Origin: an uncultured Flavobacteriales bacterium
GTDB lineage: Bacteria; Bacteroidota; Bacteroidia; Flavobacteriales_F; PHOS-HE28
Assembly: GCA_937873385.1 (NCBI GenBank)
Contig: CALMYC010000019.1
Location: 1-52,072, forward strand
Direction: 5' to 3'
DNA length: 52,072 bases
Part shown: positions 17,392 through 27,350 of the stretch, one piece after another
Position numbering within the stretch: position 1 is the stretch's first letter
How the letters are laid out: every line of letters starts with the position of its first letter
The notes under the pieces: generated by a model
Seen by the model: only the letters and a program-made list of their open reading frames with translations
Database searches by the model: none
Told to the model about the DNA's origin: nothing
Program-made: the position numbers and the translations under genes

Positions 17392-18949
17392 GCGGTGCGG
17401 CAAAGACGAACAGCGCATAGTACAGTGCGAAGAACGTGGCACCGGGCTGCGTTTCGATCGTATCCTCGCTGAAGCACGACAGCAGGAAGATGATCCCCCA
17501 GGCCATGAAGAGCGGATGGCGGAACGCGCCAAGCCTGCGCGCCGGCCACCACCAGGAAAACAGGCTCCAAAGCAATCCGAACGCTCCGAAGCTGATGGCC
17601 AGCGTGAGGTATTCATTGTGTGCACGGAGCCGCCATTTGGGCAACAATGCGCTGTGCTCCACCTCATACGCCGCATTGAACGCCATCTGAGTGTCGCCGG
17701 TGCCCACGCCAAACAGCCAATGACGCCGGGCAATGCCCATGCCCACGCGCTGGAACTCCATGCGCATCGTCACTGAATGGCCGTTGGGATTCCCGGTGTT
17801 GCGGTACACGTCCAGCTCATACAACACTTGTTCCATGCGTGCGCGCATGGCGCCTTCATGGCCCTCGCGCACGCTGGTCACCCCGCGCTCTATGCGCTTT
17901 ACGTCGTCCTGCGACAATGCGTTCACCCCCGTGGAATCCTTGCGCAGGTCCATGCTGGCCAGGTATCGGATCAAGGTGGAGCGCATCGGTTGCCCCAATC
18001 CATCCGTTCCATCAAAGGAAGTGCGGCTGCGACGTTCCCACGTGCGCTTCAGTTCCTTGTCCGCCACATTGATCCAGACGTAGTGGCCGTTCTCCACCTG
18101 GGGGTCGTTCAGGTCGTGGTAATACACCTCCCCTCCTGCGCTGGCCATGTCCAAGTGCCGCAGTTGCGCCGGATCAACACGGTTGTACCCGGACCAAACG
18201 GAACACAGGAAGAGCGCACTGCCGGCCATGCCGGCCACAAGCAATGCCATCACCGGGGTGCGCCACGCCGTGTGCGGGCCGCGCAACAAGCGCCACAAGG
18301 CAAACAGCGAGAGTGCGCCGAGCACGGGCCATGCGATCAAGCTGCTGAGCTGGTCCAAGAACCACAGGCACAGCAGGATTGCGGCCGCATGCGCACACCG
18401 GACGAGCCAGCGCGCCGGCCAGTAATGCACGAACACCGCAATACTGAGGCAGAGCATCAGCGACAGCCGGATGTGGCTGATGAACGGCGACAGCTCGCGG
18501 TACTGCCCCGTGGCCAGCACATCGTAGCGCATGGCCAGGCACGCAACAGTGCTGGCCGTGGCGCTCCATGCACCCAGCAGCAGCAGGCTCCGCAATTCCA
18601 TTGCGGAGAAGCGCGGCACAGAGGAAAACACCAGGCCAAAGACCAGGACCGGCAGGAGAATGCGGCACAGGTCAACGCCCCACTTCAGGTCGGAGGTCCA
18701 GGCCAGGCCCAGCACATGCAGCCCGAAAAAGGAAAGGAAGACGGCGCTTTCCGCCGTGGTGAAGGCATGCTTGAACCGGCGGCCGGCCGTGCGTTGTGCA
18801 ATGCCTTCCCACAGCCAGTTGCCGATCAGGATGAATTGCGAAAGGCTCAACAGGAATTCCGACCAGGGCAGTGCCACCAGGGCCAAGCCAACAGCCCCCG
18901 CATGGAGCCGCCGGTGGATGTTGCGCGCACCTCCCCCCATGTTGCCCAT
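17345..18949 (-). CDS. O-antigen ligase (Wzy_C-like) family membrane protein
   Basis: A polytopic hydrophobic protein with a large loop. LFGVGTGD...AHNEYLTLAISFGAFGLLW resembles the O-antigen ligase motif. It sits beside GT2/GT9, with a 47-nt convergent overlap onto GT9. Confidence 0.7.
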   Translation of the reverse strand: MGNMGGGARNIHRRLHAGAVGLALVALPWSEFLLSLSQFILIGNWLWEGIAQRTAGRRFKHAFTTAESAVFLSFFGLHVLGLAWTSDLKWGVDLCRILLPVLVFGLVFSSVPRFSAMELRSLLLLGAWSATASTVACLAMRYDVLATGQYRELSPFISHIRLSLMLCLSIAVFVHYWPARWLVRCAHAAAILLCLWFLDQLSSLIAWPVLGALSLFALWRLLRGPHTAWRTPVMALLVAGMAGSALFLCSVWSGYNRVDPAQLRHLDMASAGGEVYYHDLNDPQVENGHYVWINVADKELKRTWERRSRTSFDGTDGLGQPMRSTLIRYLASMDLRKDSTGVNALSQDDVKRIERGVTSVREGHEGAMRARMEQVLYELDVYRNTGNPNGHSVTMRMEFQRVGMGIARRHWLFGVGTGDTQMAFNAAYEVEHSALLPKWRLRAHNEYLTLAISFGAFGLLWSLFSWWWPARRLGAFRHPLFMAWGIIFLLSCFSEDTIETQPGATFFALYYALFVFAAPLIGEAVPVRAPDRSA

Positions 18950-18980
18950 GGTTTGGATCCCCCGGCCTGTGCAACAGGGA

Positions 18981-20651
18981 TCAGTTCTTCTTCCAAGTGC
19001 CGGCCAACACTTGCTTGTACTCGGGCCCGTTGATCACCTCCAACGCCTTGAGCACGTCCGGGTCGCTGCCCAGCATCGCCTTGGCCCGGCCGGATTGGTA
19101 ATAGTAGCGGCCCACCAGTTCGCTCTTCAGCACTTCCCCGATCTCCGGCCGGAACTTGTTCAGCAATTCCATCTGGTCCGGGTTCAACCCGTTGCGCAGC
19201 GCCGCGATGGCATCCTTTGCCTTGTCATAGTACCGCTCCTTCTTCGCATCGGCCTCCAACTTGTCCAGGTCGTCCAGGCTGGTGGTGCGGTACTCGAATT
19301 TCTGTTCCCTCACGAAGGCCAGGAACTGCTGGAAGATCTCGTCCGTGATGGCGAATTTCCCCGGCGGCGGAATGCTTTCATGGGTCCACTGGAAGTGGTT
19401 GCCGAAATCAAAGAAGAGGTCCTCCCGATACAGGCTGCCGATCAATTTGGGCATCGCCGGGAGGTCTACGTCAATGTCCGGGGCAATGCCCCGCCCGTCA
19501 TACACCGGCCTGCCACCGGCCGTCTTGAAGGCCCGGATGGTGGAGTCGGCTTTGATCACGGCTTTCCCCGTGCTGTCGTGGTGCGCGTAGTCGATCTTCT
19601 GGATGCAGCGGCCGCTGGGGATGTAATACTTGGCCACGGTCACCTTCAGCTTGCTGTTGTAGAACAGGTCGCGCGTTTGCTGCACCAGGCCCTTGCCGTA
19701 TGTGCGGTGCCCCACGATCACCGCACGGTCAAGGTCCTGCAGCGAGCCGGTTACGATCTCGCTCGCCGAGGCGGACCCGGTGTCCACCAGCACCACCAAC
19801 GGCATGTCCGTGTCCATGGGCTCGCTCAGCGTCTTGTAGGTTTTGTCCCACTCGGAGATCTTGCCCTTTGTTTCCACCACGGTCTGGCCTTTGGGCACCC
19901 AGATGTTCACAATATTGATCGCTTCGCGCAGCAGCCCGCCGCCGTTGCCCCGCAGGTCCAGCACCATTTTTTTCGCACCCTGTTCCTTGAGTTCCTTGAA
20001 GGCGTTGCGCACCTCCTGGCCTGCCGTCTGCGTAAAGCTGTTCAACTTGATGTAGCCCACCTGCCCCACGGTATCGATCATGCCCTTGAAGGGAACGTCC
20101 GGGATCTTGATCTCTTCGCGGGTAAGTTGATGGTCCACCGGTGCCCCGCCGTTGCGGCTGGTCACTATGCTCACCTTGGTGCCCGCCTGGCCTTTCAGCA
20201 TCTTGCTCACGTCCTCGGTGCTCAGGCCGGTTGCATCGCGGCCATCCACTTTCAGGATGAGGTCGCCTGCCTTGATGCCGTTGGTGTTGGCGGGGTAGCC
20301 CTCGTAGGGCTCGCTCACCATGACCCCCTTGTCCTTCTTGCGGATCATGGCCCCGATGCCGCCATATTGCCCGGTGGTCATGATGCGGTAATCCTCCATG
20401 TCGCTTTCCGCGATGTACTGCGTGTACGGGTCCAGGCTTTCCAGCATGGCGTCAATGCCGGTGCCGATCAGTTCGCCGGGGTTGACATCATCCACGTAGT
20501 AGATATTGATGTCCTTGTAGAGTTCATTGAAGATCTCCAGGTTTTTGCCCACCTCGAAGTAATTGTCGCCGGCGGCAATGGTCACCGCGCCACCGGCGGC
20601 AACGGCCAGGATGATCGCGGATTTTTTCCAGGAACGGAACGGATTCTTCAT
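18981..20651 (-). CDS. S41 family C-terminal processing peptidase (copy 1)
   Basis: A PDZ segment (GIKAGDLILKVDG), the catalytic region VVLVDTGSASASEIVTGSLQDLDRAVIVGHRTYGKGLVQ, and LDLRGNGGG. Confidence 0.9.
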   Translation of the reverse strand: MKNPFRSWKKSAIILAVAAGGAVTIAAGDNYFEVGKNLEIFNELYKDINIYYVDDVNPGELIGTGIDAMLESLDPYTQYIAESDMEDYRIMTTGQYGGIGAMIRKKDKGVMVSEPYEGYPANTNGIKAGDLILKVDGRDATGLSTEDVSKMLKGQAGTKVSIVTSRNGGAPVDHQLTREEIKIPDVPFKGMIDTVGQVGYIKLNSFTQTAGQEVRNAFKELKEQGAKKMVLDLRGNGGGLLREAINIVNIWVPKGQTVVETKGKISEWDKTYKTLSEPMDTDMPLVVLVDTGSASASEIVTGSLQDLDRAVIVGHRTYGKGLVQQTRDLFYNSKLKVTVAKYYIPSGRCIQKIDYAHHDSTGKAVIKADSTIRAFKTAGGRPVYDGRGIAPDIDVDLPAMPKLIGSLYREDLFFDFGNHFQWTHESIPPPGKFAITDEIFQQFLAFVREQKFEYRTTSLDDLDKLEADAKKERYYDKAKDAIAALRNGLNPDQMELLNKFRPEIGEVLKSELVGRYYYQSGRAKAMLGSDPDVLKALEVINGPEYKQVLAGTWKKN

Positions 20652-20696
20652 GCTTTGCTCGCCGTAGCCCGGCGCAGGTGCTGTGTTTAATGGTCG

Positions 20697-20918
20697 TCAG
20701 GGGACGGGATCATGGCCGTGGCCGCCCCAGGGATTGCAAGATAGGAAGCGCTTCATCGCAAGCCAGCCGCCATGCACGGCACCATGCTTCCGCAGGGCCT
20801 GCACCCCATACTCGGAGCAGGTGGGGGTGTAACGGCAGGAGCCGGGCAACAAGGGGGAGATCATTCCTTGATAGAGGCGGATGAGGGCGATGAACAATTT
20901 AGCGGCCAACGCTTGCAT
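20697..20918 (-). CDS. yidD: Membrane protein insertion efficiency factor YidD
   Basis: [31 protein letters not shown] is the YidD signature. Length is 73 aa. Confidence 0.9.
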   Translation of the reverse strand: MQALAAKLFIALIRLYQGMISPLLPGSCRYTPTCSEYGVQALRKHGAVHGGWLAMKRFLSCNPWGGHGHDPVP

Positions 20919-21303
20919 GTTCTTGGGTCCAACGGTCGAAGATGCGGGTTATTTTCCCTGAAGCCTCACTCCAGGGCAACGGCTTTGGGCCCTGGAAGGT
21001 CAGTAACCAAGCACATTGGCGGCCTCCCAATTGCCCGTACCAGCGGTGCTTGTTCTGCCGATAGGCCTCGCGCATGTGCCGTCGCACCCGGTTGCGGTCC
21101 ACGGCAAGTTTGACATGGCGTTTGGGCACGGCGAAGGCTATTTGGGCCGGGGTTCCCGCCTCCAGCGGCATCAGCAGGCCCACCAACCGGAAGGGGTGAA
21201 TGCGCACCGCCTGGCCCTTGGTGGCCACCATCGCCACACGATCGCGGCCGGTAAGCCGTTCGTGCTTTCGGAACGTGGGGCGGGGCAACGGCCGATCTGG
21301 CAT
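20899..21303 (-). CDS. rnpA: Ribonuclease P protein component
   Basis: [13 protein letters not shown]...[25 protein letters not shown] is the RnpA RNR motif. Start trimmed to the ATG at 21303 to avoid overlapping hemD. It lies directly upstream of yidD. Confidence 0.8.
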   Translation of the reverse strand: MPDRPLPRPTFRKHERLTGRDRVAMVATKGQAVRIHPFRLVGLLMPLEAGTPAQIAFAVPKRHVKLAVDRNRVRRHMREAYRQNKHRWYGQLGGRQCAWLLTFQGPKPLPWSEASGKITRIFDRWTQEHASVGR

Positions 21304-21341
21304 GGCAGGGAGGCCGTTGCCGTGCAGCGGCAGCCGGTGGT

Positions 21342-22175
21342 TCACTTTTTCCCGGCCTTGGCAGGCTTGGCCGCCGCAGCCTTCTTCGTTGGTTTGGCGG
21401 TGGGGATGCCCTCCTTGGCCTTCTTGGCATCAGCCTTGGCCCCGTTCTTCAGGAAGTGCTCGATGGCGCCGGTCATGGAGGGCGCCTCCGGCATCGGCGC
21501 CTCAATGTCCAGCCTGAAGCCCGCATCGCGCACGGCCTTGGCCGTGGTGGGGCCAAATGCCGCCATCACCGTGTCGTTCTGCACGTATTCCGGGAAATTC
21601 TTGCGCAGGCTCTCAATGCCGCCGGGGCTGAAGAACACGAGCATGTCATACTTGATGTCCTTCAGGTCGCTGAGGTCGCTGGCCACGGTGCGGTAGAACA
21701 CCGCATTGGTGTAACGCACGCCGGCCTTGTCCAGCAACAGCGGGATCTCCTGCTTTTGGATGTCCGAGCTGGGCACCAGGAAACGTTCATCCTTGTGCTT
21801 CTTGATCACGTCCATCAGGTCGCCGAAGCTTTGCTTGCCGATGAACACCTTGCGCTTGCGGTACACGATGTACTTCTGCACGTAGTAGGCCACGCTCTCA
21901 CTCACGCAGAAATACTTCATTGTTTCAGGCACGGTGATGCGCAGCTCCTTGCACATGCGGAAGAAGTGGTCCACCGCGTTGCGGCTGGTGAGCACGATGG
22001 CCGTGTGGTCCAGCACGGTGATGCGCTCCTGCCGGAACTCCTGGCCCGGCACCGGTTCGATCTTGATGAAGGGCCTGAAGTCGATCCGCAGGCCATACTT
22101 CCTGGCAAGCGAGAAATAGGGCGACTTCTCGTCCGTCGGTGCAGGCTGCGTTACGAGGATATTCTTGATCTTCAA
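21342..22175 (-). CDS. hemD: Uroporphyrinogen-III synthase family protein with a Lys/Ala-rich C-terminal tail
   Basis: MKIKNILVTQP...IVLTSRNAVDHFF...VFFSPGGIESL...AAFGPTTAKAV matches the Bacteroidota HemD-like pattern. The last ~35 aa are KADAKKAKEG..KPTKKAAAAKPAKAGKK. Confidence 0.8.
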   Translation of the reverse strand: MKIKNILVTQPAPTDEKSPYFSLARKYGLRIDFRPFIKIEPVPGQEFRQERITVLDHTAIVLTSRNAVDHFFRMCKELRITVPETMKYFCVSESVAYYVQKYIVYRKRKVFIGKQSFGDLMDVIKKHKDERFLVPSSDIQKQEIPLLLDKAGVRYTNAVFYRTVASDLSDLKDIKYDMLVFFSPGGIESLRKNFPEYVQNDTVMAAFGPTTAKAVRDAGFRLDIEAPMPEAPSMTGAIEHFLKNGAKADAKKAKEGIPTAKPTKKAAAAKPAKAGKK

Positions 22176-22187
22176 GTGACGCGCGGC

Positions 22188-22871
22188 TTAGGGGTTCGGG
22201 GATGGGGAGGCGAGGTGCCAAGCTCTTTCGATCGCAAGCCCTACGGGCAGGATTTCGAGCGTGCAAATGTAAAGGAAAATGTATCGCAGCGGGGTGCCGT
22301 TCCCCACCCCGATGGCAAATGCGCGCACCCAGCGGAACACCACCACGGCGGCGGCTATGGCCACCCCCACGGGCCAGATCCATGCCCGCCAGGCTACATT
22401 GGCCGGGAAGGCCATCAAGGTCACCGCAGGCAACAGGAACAGGCCCAGCACCACGTGCAGCACGATCATTGTGTAGAGGTATTCGGTAAGGCCGCCATTG
22501 CCGTCGGGAAGGGCGGCGATCAACCGCAACAGCACGATCTGCCCGGCCACCACCCCTGCCGTTACCAGTGCGATGTGGCCAAACGCCGCCATGCCCGGTG
22601 CGGTCCAGCCTAAAAAGAGCAGGACCTGGTAGGCAAAGAGCGCGATCACCAGCGTGGCCAGCACCATCAACCCGGTGAGCGTCCGGTCGCGGATGTCCAG
22701 ATCTTCCCGTAACCGGTAGTGGCCAAGCCTGAAGGCGGCGAAAGACCGTGAAAGCACCGTCCATTGTTTGGGCGAAACCATGTTCACCCAGGCCAGCACG
22801 GCGAAGGCCAGTACCAGGATGGCGGCGATCCATCCGGTGCCCAGGACATCCACCGCGCGCAACTGATCCAT
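22188..22871 (-). CDS. Polytopic membrane protein (DUF4271-like)
   Basis: Six or so hydrophobic spans. Its position immediately upstream of hemD is the usual Bacteroidota context for DUF4271. The family assignment is from memory and context. Confidence 0.6.
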   Translation of the reverse strand: MDQLRAVDVLGTGWIAAILVLAFAVLAWVNMVSPKQWTVLSRSFAAFRLGHYRLREDLDIRDRTLTGLMVLATLVIALFAYQVLLFLGWTAPGMAAFGHIALVTAGVVAGQIVLLRLIAALPDGNGGLTEYLYTMIVLHVVLGLFLLPAVTLMAFPANVAWRAWIWPVGVAIAAAVVVFRWVRAFAIGVGNGTPLRYIFLYICTLEILPVGLAIERAWHLASPSPNP

Positions 22872-22930
22872 CGCCGCGAAAGTACATGCCCCAAGGCATG
22901 CCTAATTTCGCCGCCAGTCCCATACCCCAG

Positions 22931-24145
22931 ATGAGCACCTCCGCAAACGCCGCGCCCCGTACCGCCACCGACCTGTACCAGTACCATGACCACTATTTGG
23001 TGGACGAACTGCTCACGGCGGAACAGAAGCTGATCCGCGACACCGCCCGGCAGCATGTGGGCAAGCACCTCAAGCCCATCATTGAGGAGCGATTTGAGGC
23101 GGCGAGTTTCAGCAAGGACATCATCCCGGGCTTGGCGGAGATCGGTGCCTTCGGGCCTTTTCTGCCGGAGGAATACGGAGGTCCCGGGCTGGACCAGATC
23201 AGCTACGGCCTGATCATGCAGGAGATCGAACGGTGCGACAGCGGCCTGCGCAGCCTGTGCAGCGTGCAGGGATCATTGGCCATGTACCCCATCTGGAAAT
23301 ACGGCAGCGAGGAGCAGAAGAAAAAGTGGCTGCCGCAGATGGTGCAGGGGAAGAAGATCGGCTGCTTCGGCCTCACCGAGCCCGATTTCGGCAGCAACCC
23401 CGGAGGCATGGTCACCACCTTCCAGGACAAGGGCGACCACTACCTGCTGAACGGTGCCAAGATGTGGATCAGCAATGCCCCGTTCGCGGACCTGGCCATC
23501 GTGTGGGCCAAGGCCGAGAACACCGAAGGCCGCATCCACGGCCTGATCGTGGAGCGCGGCATGGAAGGCTTCACCACGCCCACCACACATGGCAAGCTGA
23601 GCCTGCGTGCCAGCCCCACCGGCGAGCTGGTGTTCGACAACGTGAAGGTGCCCAAGGCCAATTTACTGCCCAACAAAAGCGGGCTCGGCGCGCCCATGGG
23701 TTGCCTGGACAGCGCCCGTTACGGCATTGCCTGGGGCACGCTCGGCGTGGCCATGGAGTGCTATGACACCGCCCTGCGCTACAGCAAGCAGCGCATCCAG
23801 TTCGGCAAGCCCATCGGCGCCTTCCAGCTCACGCAAAAGAAGCTCGCCGAGATGATCACCGAGATCACCAAGGCACAGCTGCTCACATGGCGGCTGGGTG
23901 TGCTGCGAAACGAGGGCCGCGCCACTACCGCGCAGATCAGCATGGCCAAACGCAACAACGTCCACCTGGCACTGACCGTGGCGCGCGAGGCAAGGCAGGT
24001 CCTCGGCGGCATGGGCATCACCAACGAGTACCCCGTCATGCGCCACATGGCAAATCTGGAAAGCGTGGTGACCTACGAGGGAACCCATGATATCCACCTG
24101 CTGATCACCGGCCACGATGTGACGGGGTTCGCCGCGTTCAAGTGA
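22931..24145 (+). CDS. gcdH: Glutaryl-CoA dehydrogenase-type acyl-CoA dehydrogenase
   Basis: YGLIMQEIERCDSGLRSLCSVQGSLAMYPIWKYGSEEQKKKWLPQM...GCFGLTEPDFGSNPGGM...YEGTHDIH. Start trimmed to the ATG at 22931; 22886 and 22898 are also possible. Confidence 0.85.
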   Translation: MSTSANAAPRTATDLYQYHDHYLVDELLTAEQKLIRDTARQHVGKHLKPIIEERFEAASFSKDIIPGLAEIGAFGPFLPEEYGGPGLDQISYGLIMQEIERCDSGLRSLCSVQGSLAMYPIWKYGSEEQKKKWLPQMVQGKKIGCFGLTEPDFGSNPGGMVTTFQDKGDHYLLNGAKMWISNAPFADLAIVWAKAENTEGRIHGLIVERGMEGFTTPTTHGKLSLRASPTGELVFDNVKVPKANLLPNKSGLGAPMGCLDSARYGIAWGTLGVAMECYDTALRYSKQRIQFGKPIGAFQLTQKKLAEMITEITKAQLLTWRLGVLRNEGRATTAQISMAKRNNVHLALTVAREARQVLGGMGITNEYPVMRHMANLESVVTYEGTHDIHLLITGHDVTGFAAFK

Positions 24146-24152
24146 GCAGGAC

Positions 24153-24230
24153 GTTGTTGCCGGTTGTCGGTGGTTGGTTGTCCATTCAAGGTCATTGCCT
24201 GACAACGAACAGCGGACAACCCCGCAACCG
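24153..24230. repeat. Imperfect hairpin whose arms are degenerate GTTGTNN / NNACAAC heptads (heptad-hairpin element A)
   Basis: The left arm gttgttgccggttgtcggtggttggttgtcc (24153-24183) pairs with the right arm gacaacgaacagcggacaaccccgcaaccg (24201-24230). It lies between the convergent gcdH and the OMP gene. Confidence 0.7.
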
Positions 24231-24270
24231 ATCCGTGGAGCCTGGTGCAATACCCCTGTGGGAAGGTCGA

Positions 24271-25029
24271 TCAGAACCGGTACCCGAACAAGTTGTTCCA
24301 GCTGTAGGTCAGCTCATTCACGCCCGCAGGTGGCGCGCTGTCCTTGAGCAAGTTCATGCGGCCCTCCAGGGTCATGTGCTTGGTCACGTTGATCACAAGG
24401 CCACCCTCAAGCGCAATGCGGTGGTCACCGGCATCGAAGATCTTCGGCTGGTAGTACATCACGGCAGTGAAACTGGCCAAGGCGCTGAACTTGAGCGTAG
24501 CCGCAACATAGCTGCTGTTGCGACCCTGCCACAGCACCGGGCCGTCCGTGATGTATTCATTTTCAAGCATCAACGCCGTGCCCAGGTTCACCCGCAATTT
24601 CTCGGAATTCAACGCAGTCAGGCGCGGGCCCGCACCGATCGTGAGGCGCAGGTCCAACTTCGAGGGCTTGTTGTACTGTGCCTGCACGAAGGCCTCGCCC
24701 GTCCAAAGTGAATCCGCCGCGTAATTGTAGCGCAGGTGCTGGAAGCCCGTGTTCAGGAATTCATTGGCTTCCACTTGGCTGAAGCCAAGGTCGTTGACAA
24801 AAAAATAGCGGTCGCGGCCATCAATGTACTGTACTGCACCGTTCAACCCCAAGCTCAGCGAACGTTGGCCGTTCTCCGCCACATTGAACCGGAAGTTGAC
24901 ATAGCCCTGCCAAGGCAAGGTGTCATTCAAGAAACGGCGGCCTTCGATGTTCACCACCTGGGCCCGCAAGCAGGCATTGGACAGTGTTCCGGCGACCAGC
25001 AGAAAAAGATATCGGGCACGACGCGGCAT
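24271..25029 (-). CDS. Outer-membrane beta-barrel protein (DUF481-like)
   Basis: ORF 24271..25197 trimmed to the ATG at 25029 (MPRRARYLFLLVAGTLSNACLRAQ). Alternating beta-strand pattern with a C-terminal ...NLFGYRF (terminal Phe). Confidence 0.6.
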   Translation of the reverse strand: MPRRARYLFLLVAGTLSNACLRAQVVNIEGRRFLNDTLPWQGYVNFRFNVAENGQRSLSLGLNGAVQYIDGRDRYFFVNDLGFSQVEANEFLNTGFQHLRYNYAADSLWTGEAFVQAQYNKPSKLDLRLTIGAGPRLTALNSEKLRVNLGTALMLENEYITDGPVLWQGRNSSYVAATLKFSALASFTAVMYYQPKIFDAGDHRIALEGGLVINVTKHMTLEGRMNLLKDSAPPAGVNELTYSWNNLFGYRF

Positions 25030-25037
25030 GGAGCGTG

Positions 25038-25077
25038 CAAAAATGGTCACCTCCGGCCGGAATTGCCGGAGGTGACC
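25038..25077 (-). terminator. Intrinsic terminator after the T9SS gene 25134..26021
   Basis: A perfect 13-bp stem, ggtcacctccggc / gccggaggtgacc (25045-25077). On the minus strand it is followed by ATTTTTG. Confidence 0.65.
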
Positions 25078-25133
25078 GGGGAACCGGATGAACTGGTTGC
25101 TTGAACAACCGTGCAAGTGACGCACCGTGCAGG

Positions 25134-26021
25134 TTACTGCTTCACCACCCGCAAGGACCGGACCCCCCACGCATCGCGCAACACAAAGGCATAGCACCCG
25201 GGTGCCATGCCCCCCAATGATAGCCTCAACTGTCCCGGTGCCGTTTGCCCTTCCCGCTGTACGCGGCCTTCCGCATCCCTTATTTCCCAGGTGCCGACCG
25301 TGCGTGATCCGGTAACAGTAAGCTGGTCCGTGGCCGGATTGGGAAACGCCTGCAACAATGCCGCACCTGCCAGCTCGCCCACGCCGCTCACCGGGTCGCC
25401 GGCCACAATGACGGAGCCATCGGACTCGATGCTCACCAATTGTGCCACCGGGTTGGTGGTCAAAAAGTCAATGGCACCGCTGCTGCTTGTGATCTTGGCC
25501 ACATTGGTGTACGTGCCCGTGGGCAGGATCACGGTTCCGTAGCCCGTGTAGGCACGGGTCACGCTCTGCGGTGATCCATTGTTGTAGTTGTCCACGAAGG
25601 AACCCTGGTAGTTGAACGGAAAGACCAGTGGCGTCTTCGGGTCACTGAACGTGGTGGCACTGCTGCCCCCGATGGCGTCCGCCAATTGGTCCAGTTGCGC
25701 CGGCTGTGCATTGAAGTAGCTGTAGGTGGTCCCGGCAGGCGACGTGAGCAGTTGCGCTTTGTTGCTCGCGGGATAGCTGGATCCGTACGGTGTAGAGCTG
25801 GGATCCACCCAGGCCAACGTCCCCACGTTCATCTGTAGCGTGGCCGAACTGAAATCCCAAGTGATGTTCGCCCCGTCCGGAAGCGGATTGCTCGCACCGG
25901 GATCGGTCACGAGGTGCAAGGCGAACGAGGTGCCGTTGGGAACAATGTTCGCATATTGGATGACCGGTTGGGCGGAGGCCGCAAGGGAGGTTACACAGAG
26001 CAGAAGTAGTGGTCCACGCAT
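25134..26021 (-). CDS. Secreted protein with a T9SS C-terminal sorting domain
   Basis: ORF trimmed to the ATG at 26021 (MRGPLLLLCVTSLAASAQ). The C-terminus LQAFPNPATDQLTV...YAFVLRDAWGVRSLRVVKQ is a T9SS CTD. Confidence 0.7.
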   Translation of the reverse strand: MRGPLLLLCVTSLAASAQPVIQYANIVPNGTSFALHLVTDPGASNPLPDGANITWDFSSATLQMNVGTLAWVDPSSTPYGSSYPASNKAQLLTSPAGTTYSYFNAQPAQLDQLADAIGGSSATTFSDPKTPLVFPFNYQGSFVDNYNNGSPQSVTRAYTGYGTVILPTGTYTNVAKITSSSGAIDFLTTNPVAQLVSIESDGSVIVAGDPVSGVGELAGAALLQAFPNPATDQLTVTGSRTVGTWEIRDAEGRVQREGQTAPGQLRLSLGGMAPGCYAFVLRDAWGVRSLRVVKQ

Positions 26022-26162
26022 GGTTGTGCTGTTTGGTTGCGGCCAAGGTGGCAACTTTGCCCTACGGTGGATGCCGGATGGTTTCAATTCTTTGCACACA
26101 GTCCGCCGTTGATATCACCGCCCATTTGCGACCCGGTGACCCTTGTTCCCCTCCTTTGCACC

Positions 26163-27350
26163 ATGGCGTTGCGCATTGCGATCATCGGCAGCGGACCGGC
26201 CGGCCTGATGGCCGCGGAAACTTTGGCCCCCCACGCCCAGGTGGACCTGTACGAACACGGACGCCACATCGGGCGCAAATTCCTCGTGGCCGGGCAGGGT
26301 GGCTTCAATCTTACCCACGATGTGGAGGGCGATGCCCTCCTGCAACATTATTCCCCGCAAGGTTTCCTGGATGAAGCCCTGCTGGCATTCGGGCCGAAGG
26401 AGCTGCGTGCCTGGCTGGCGGAAGTGGGCGTCGAAACGTTCGTGGGCTCCAGTGGCCGTGTGTTTCCACGGAAAGGCACCAAGCCCGTTGATGTGCTGGA
26501 GCGCATCCGGCAACGCCTGCTGCAGCGGAAAGTGGAGATCCATGTTCAACATGTGTTCACCGGATTCACCCGGACCGGTCATGTGCTGATGGAGAACACC
26601 GATGGGTCATTCCCGCTGGAAGCCGACCACGTGATCTTCGCTTTGGGGGGCGCTTCATGGCCCGTCACCGGGTCCACCGGCATCTGGCCTTCGCTGTTTT
26701 CCGCCATTGACGTGGATGTGCTGCCTTTTCGTTCCTCCAACTGCGGCGTGGAGATCGCCTGGCCCACGGCGTTCATCGCAGCGCATGAAGGCAAGCCCTT
26801 GAAAAACGTGCGCTGCTCCGCCGGAACACGGAGCGCATGGGGCGAGGCCACCATCACCAAGCACGGACTGGAAGGCAATGCCATCTATCCGGTGGTGCCC
26901 GCGCTGCGTGAAGGAGCACCGGAATTAAGGATAGACCTGAAGCCCGAAAGCACGGCGGTGCGGCTGGTGGAACGCATCGGCAACAAGGCCGACAAGCACT
27001 TCGGCGAAGCCGTCGGCTTGAACCGCGCACAACTTGCGCTGGTGAAGGCCTTTACGGCGAAGGAGGTGTTTGCCACACCGCAACGGTTCGCCGAGGGCAT
27101 CAAGGACCTGCACCTGCCCGTAAGCGGCTTGCGCCCCATCGGTGAGGCCATCAGCACCGTGGGCGGCATTCCCGTGCAAGCACTGAACGCCGACTTCTCG
27201 TTCAAGCAATGGCCGCACCTTTCCGTCATCGGCGAAATGGTGGACTGGGACGCTCCCACCGGCGGCTTTCTGCTGCAAGGCTGCTTTGCCATGGGGCGCT
27301 GGGCCGGCCGCGCACTGTTGGCCAAGCTCGGGATCCACACCGGCAATTAG
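26163..27350 (+). CDS. NAD(P)/FAD-dependent oxidoreductase (BaiN/HI0933-like flavoprotein, TIGR03862-like)
   Basis: ORF trimmed to the ATG at 26163. MALRIAIIGSGPAGLMAAETLA (GxGxxG), KFLVAGQGGFNLTH and GEMVDWDAPTGGFLLQ. Confidence 0.8.
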   Translation: MALRIAIIGSGPAGLMAAETLAPHAQVDLYEHGRHIGRKFLVAGQGGFNLTHDVEGDALLQHYSPQGFLDEALLAFGPKELRAWLAEVGVETFVGSSGRVFPRKGTKPVDVLERIRQRLLQRKVEIHVQHVFTGFTRTGHVLMENTDGSFPLEADHVIFALGGASWPVTGSTGIWPSLFSAIDVDVLPFRSSNCGVEIAWPTAFIAAHEGKPLKNVRCSAGTRSAWGEATITKHGLEGNAIYPVVPALREGAPELRIDLKPESTAVRLVERIGNKADKHFGEAVGLNRAQLALVKAFTAKEVFATPQRFAEGIKDLHLPVSGLRPIGEAISTVGGIPVQALNADFSFKQWPHLSVIGEMVDWDAPTGGFLLQGCFAMGRWAGRALLAKLGIHTGN

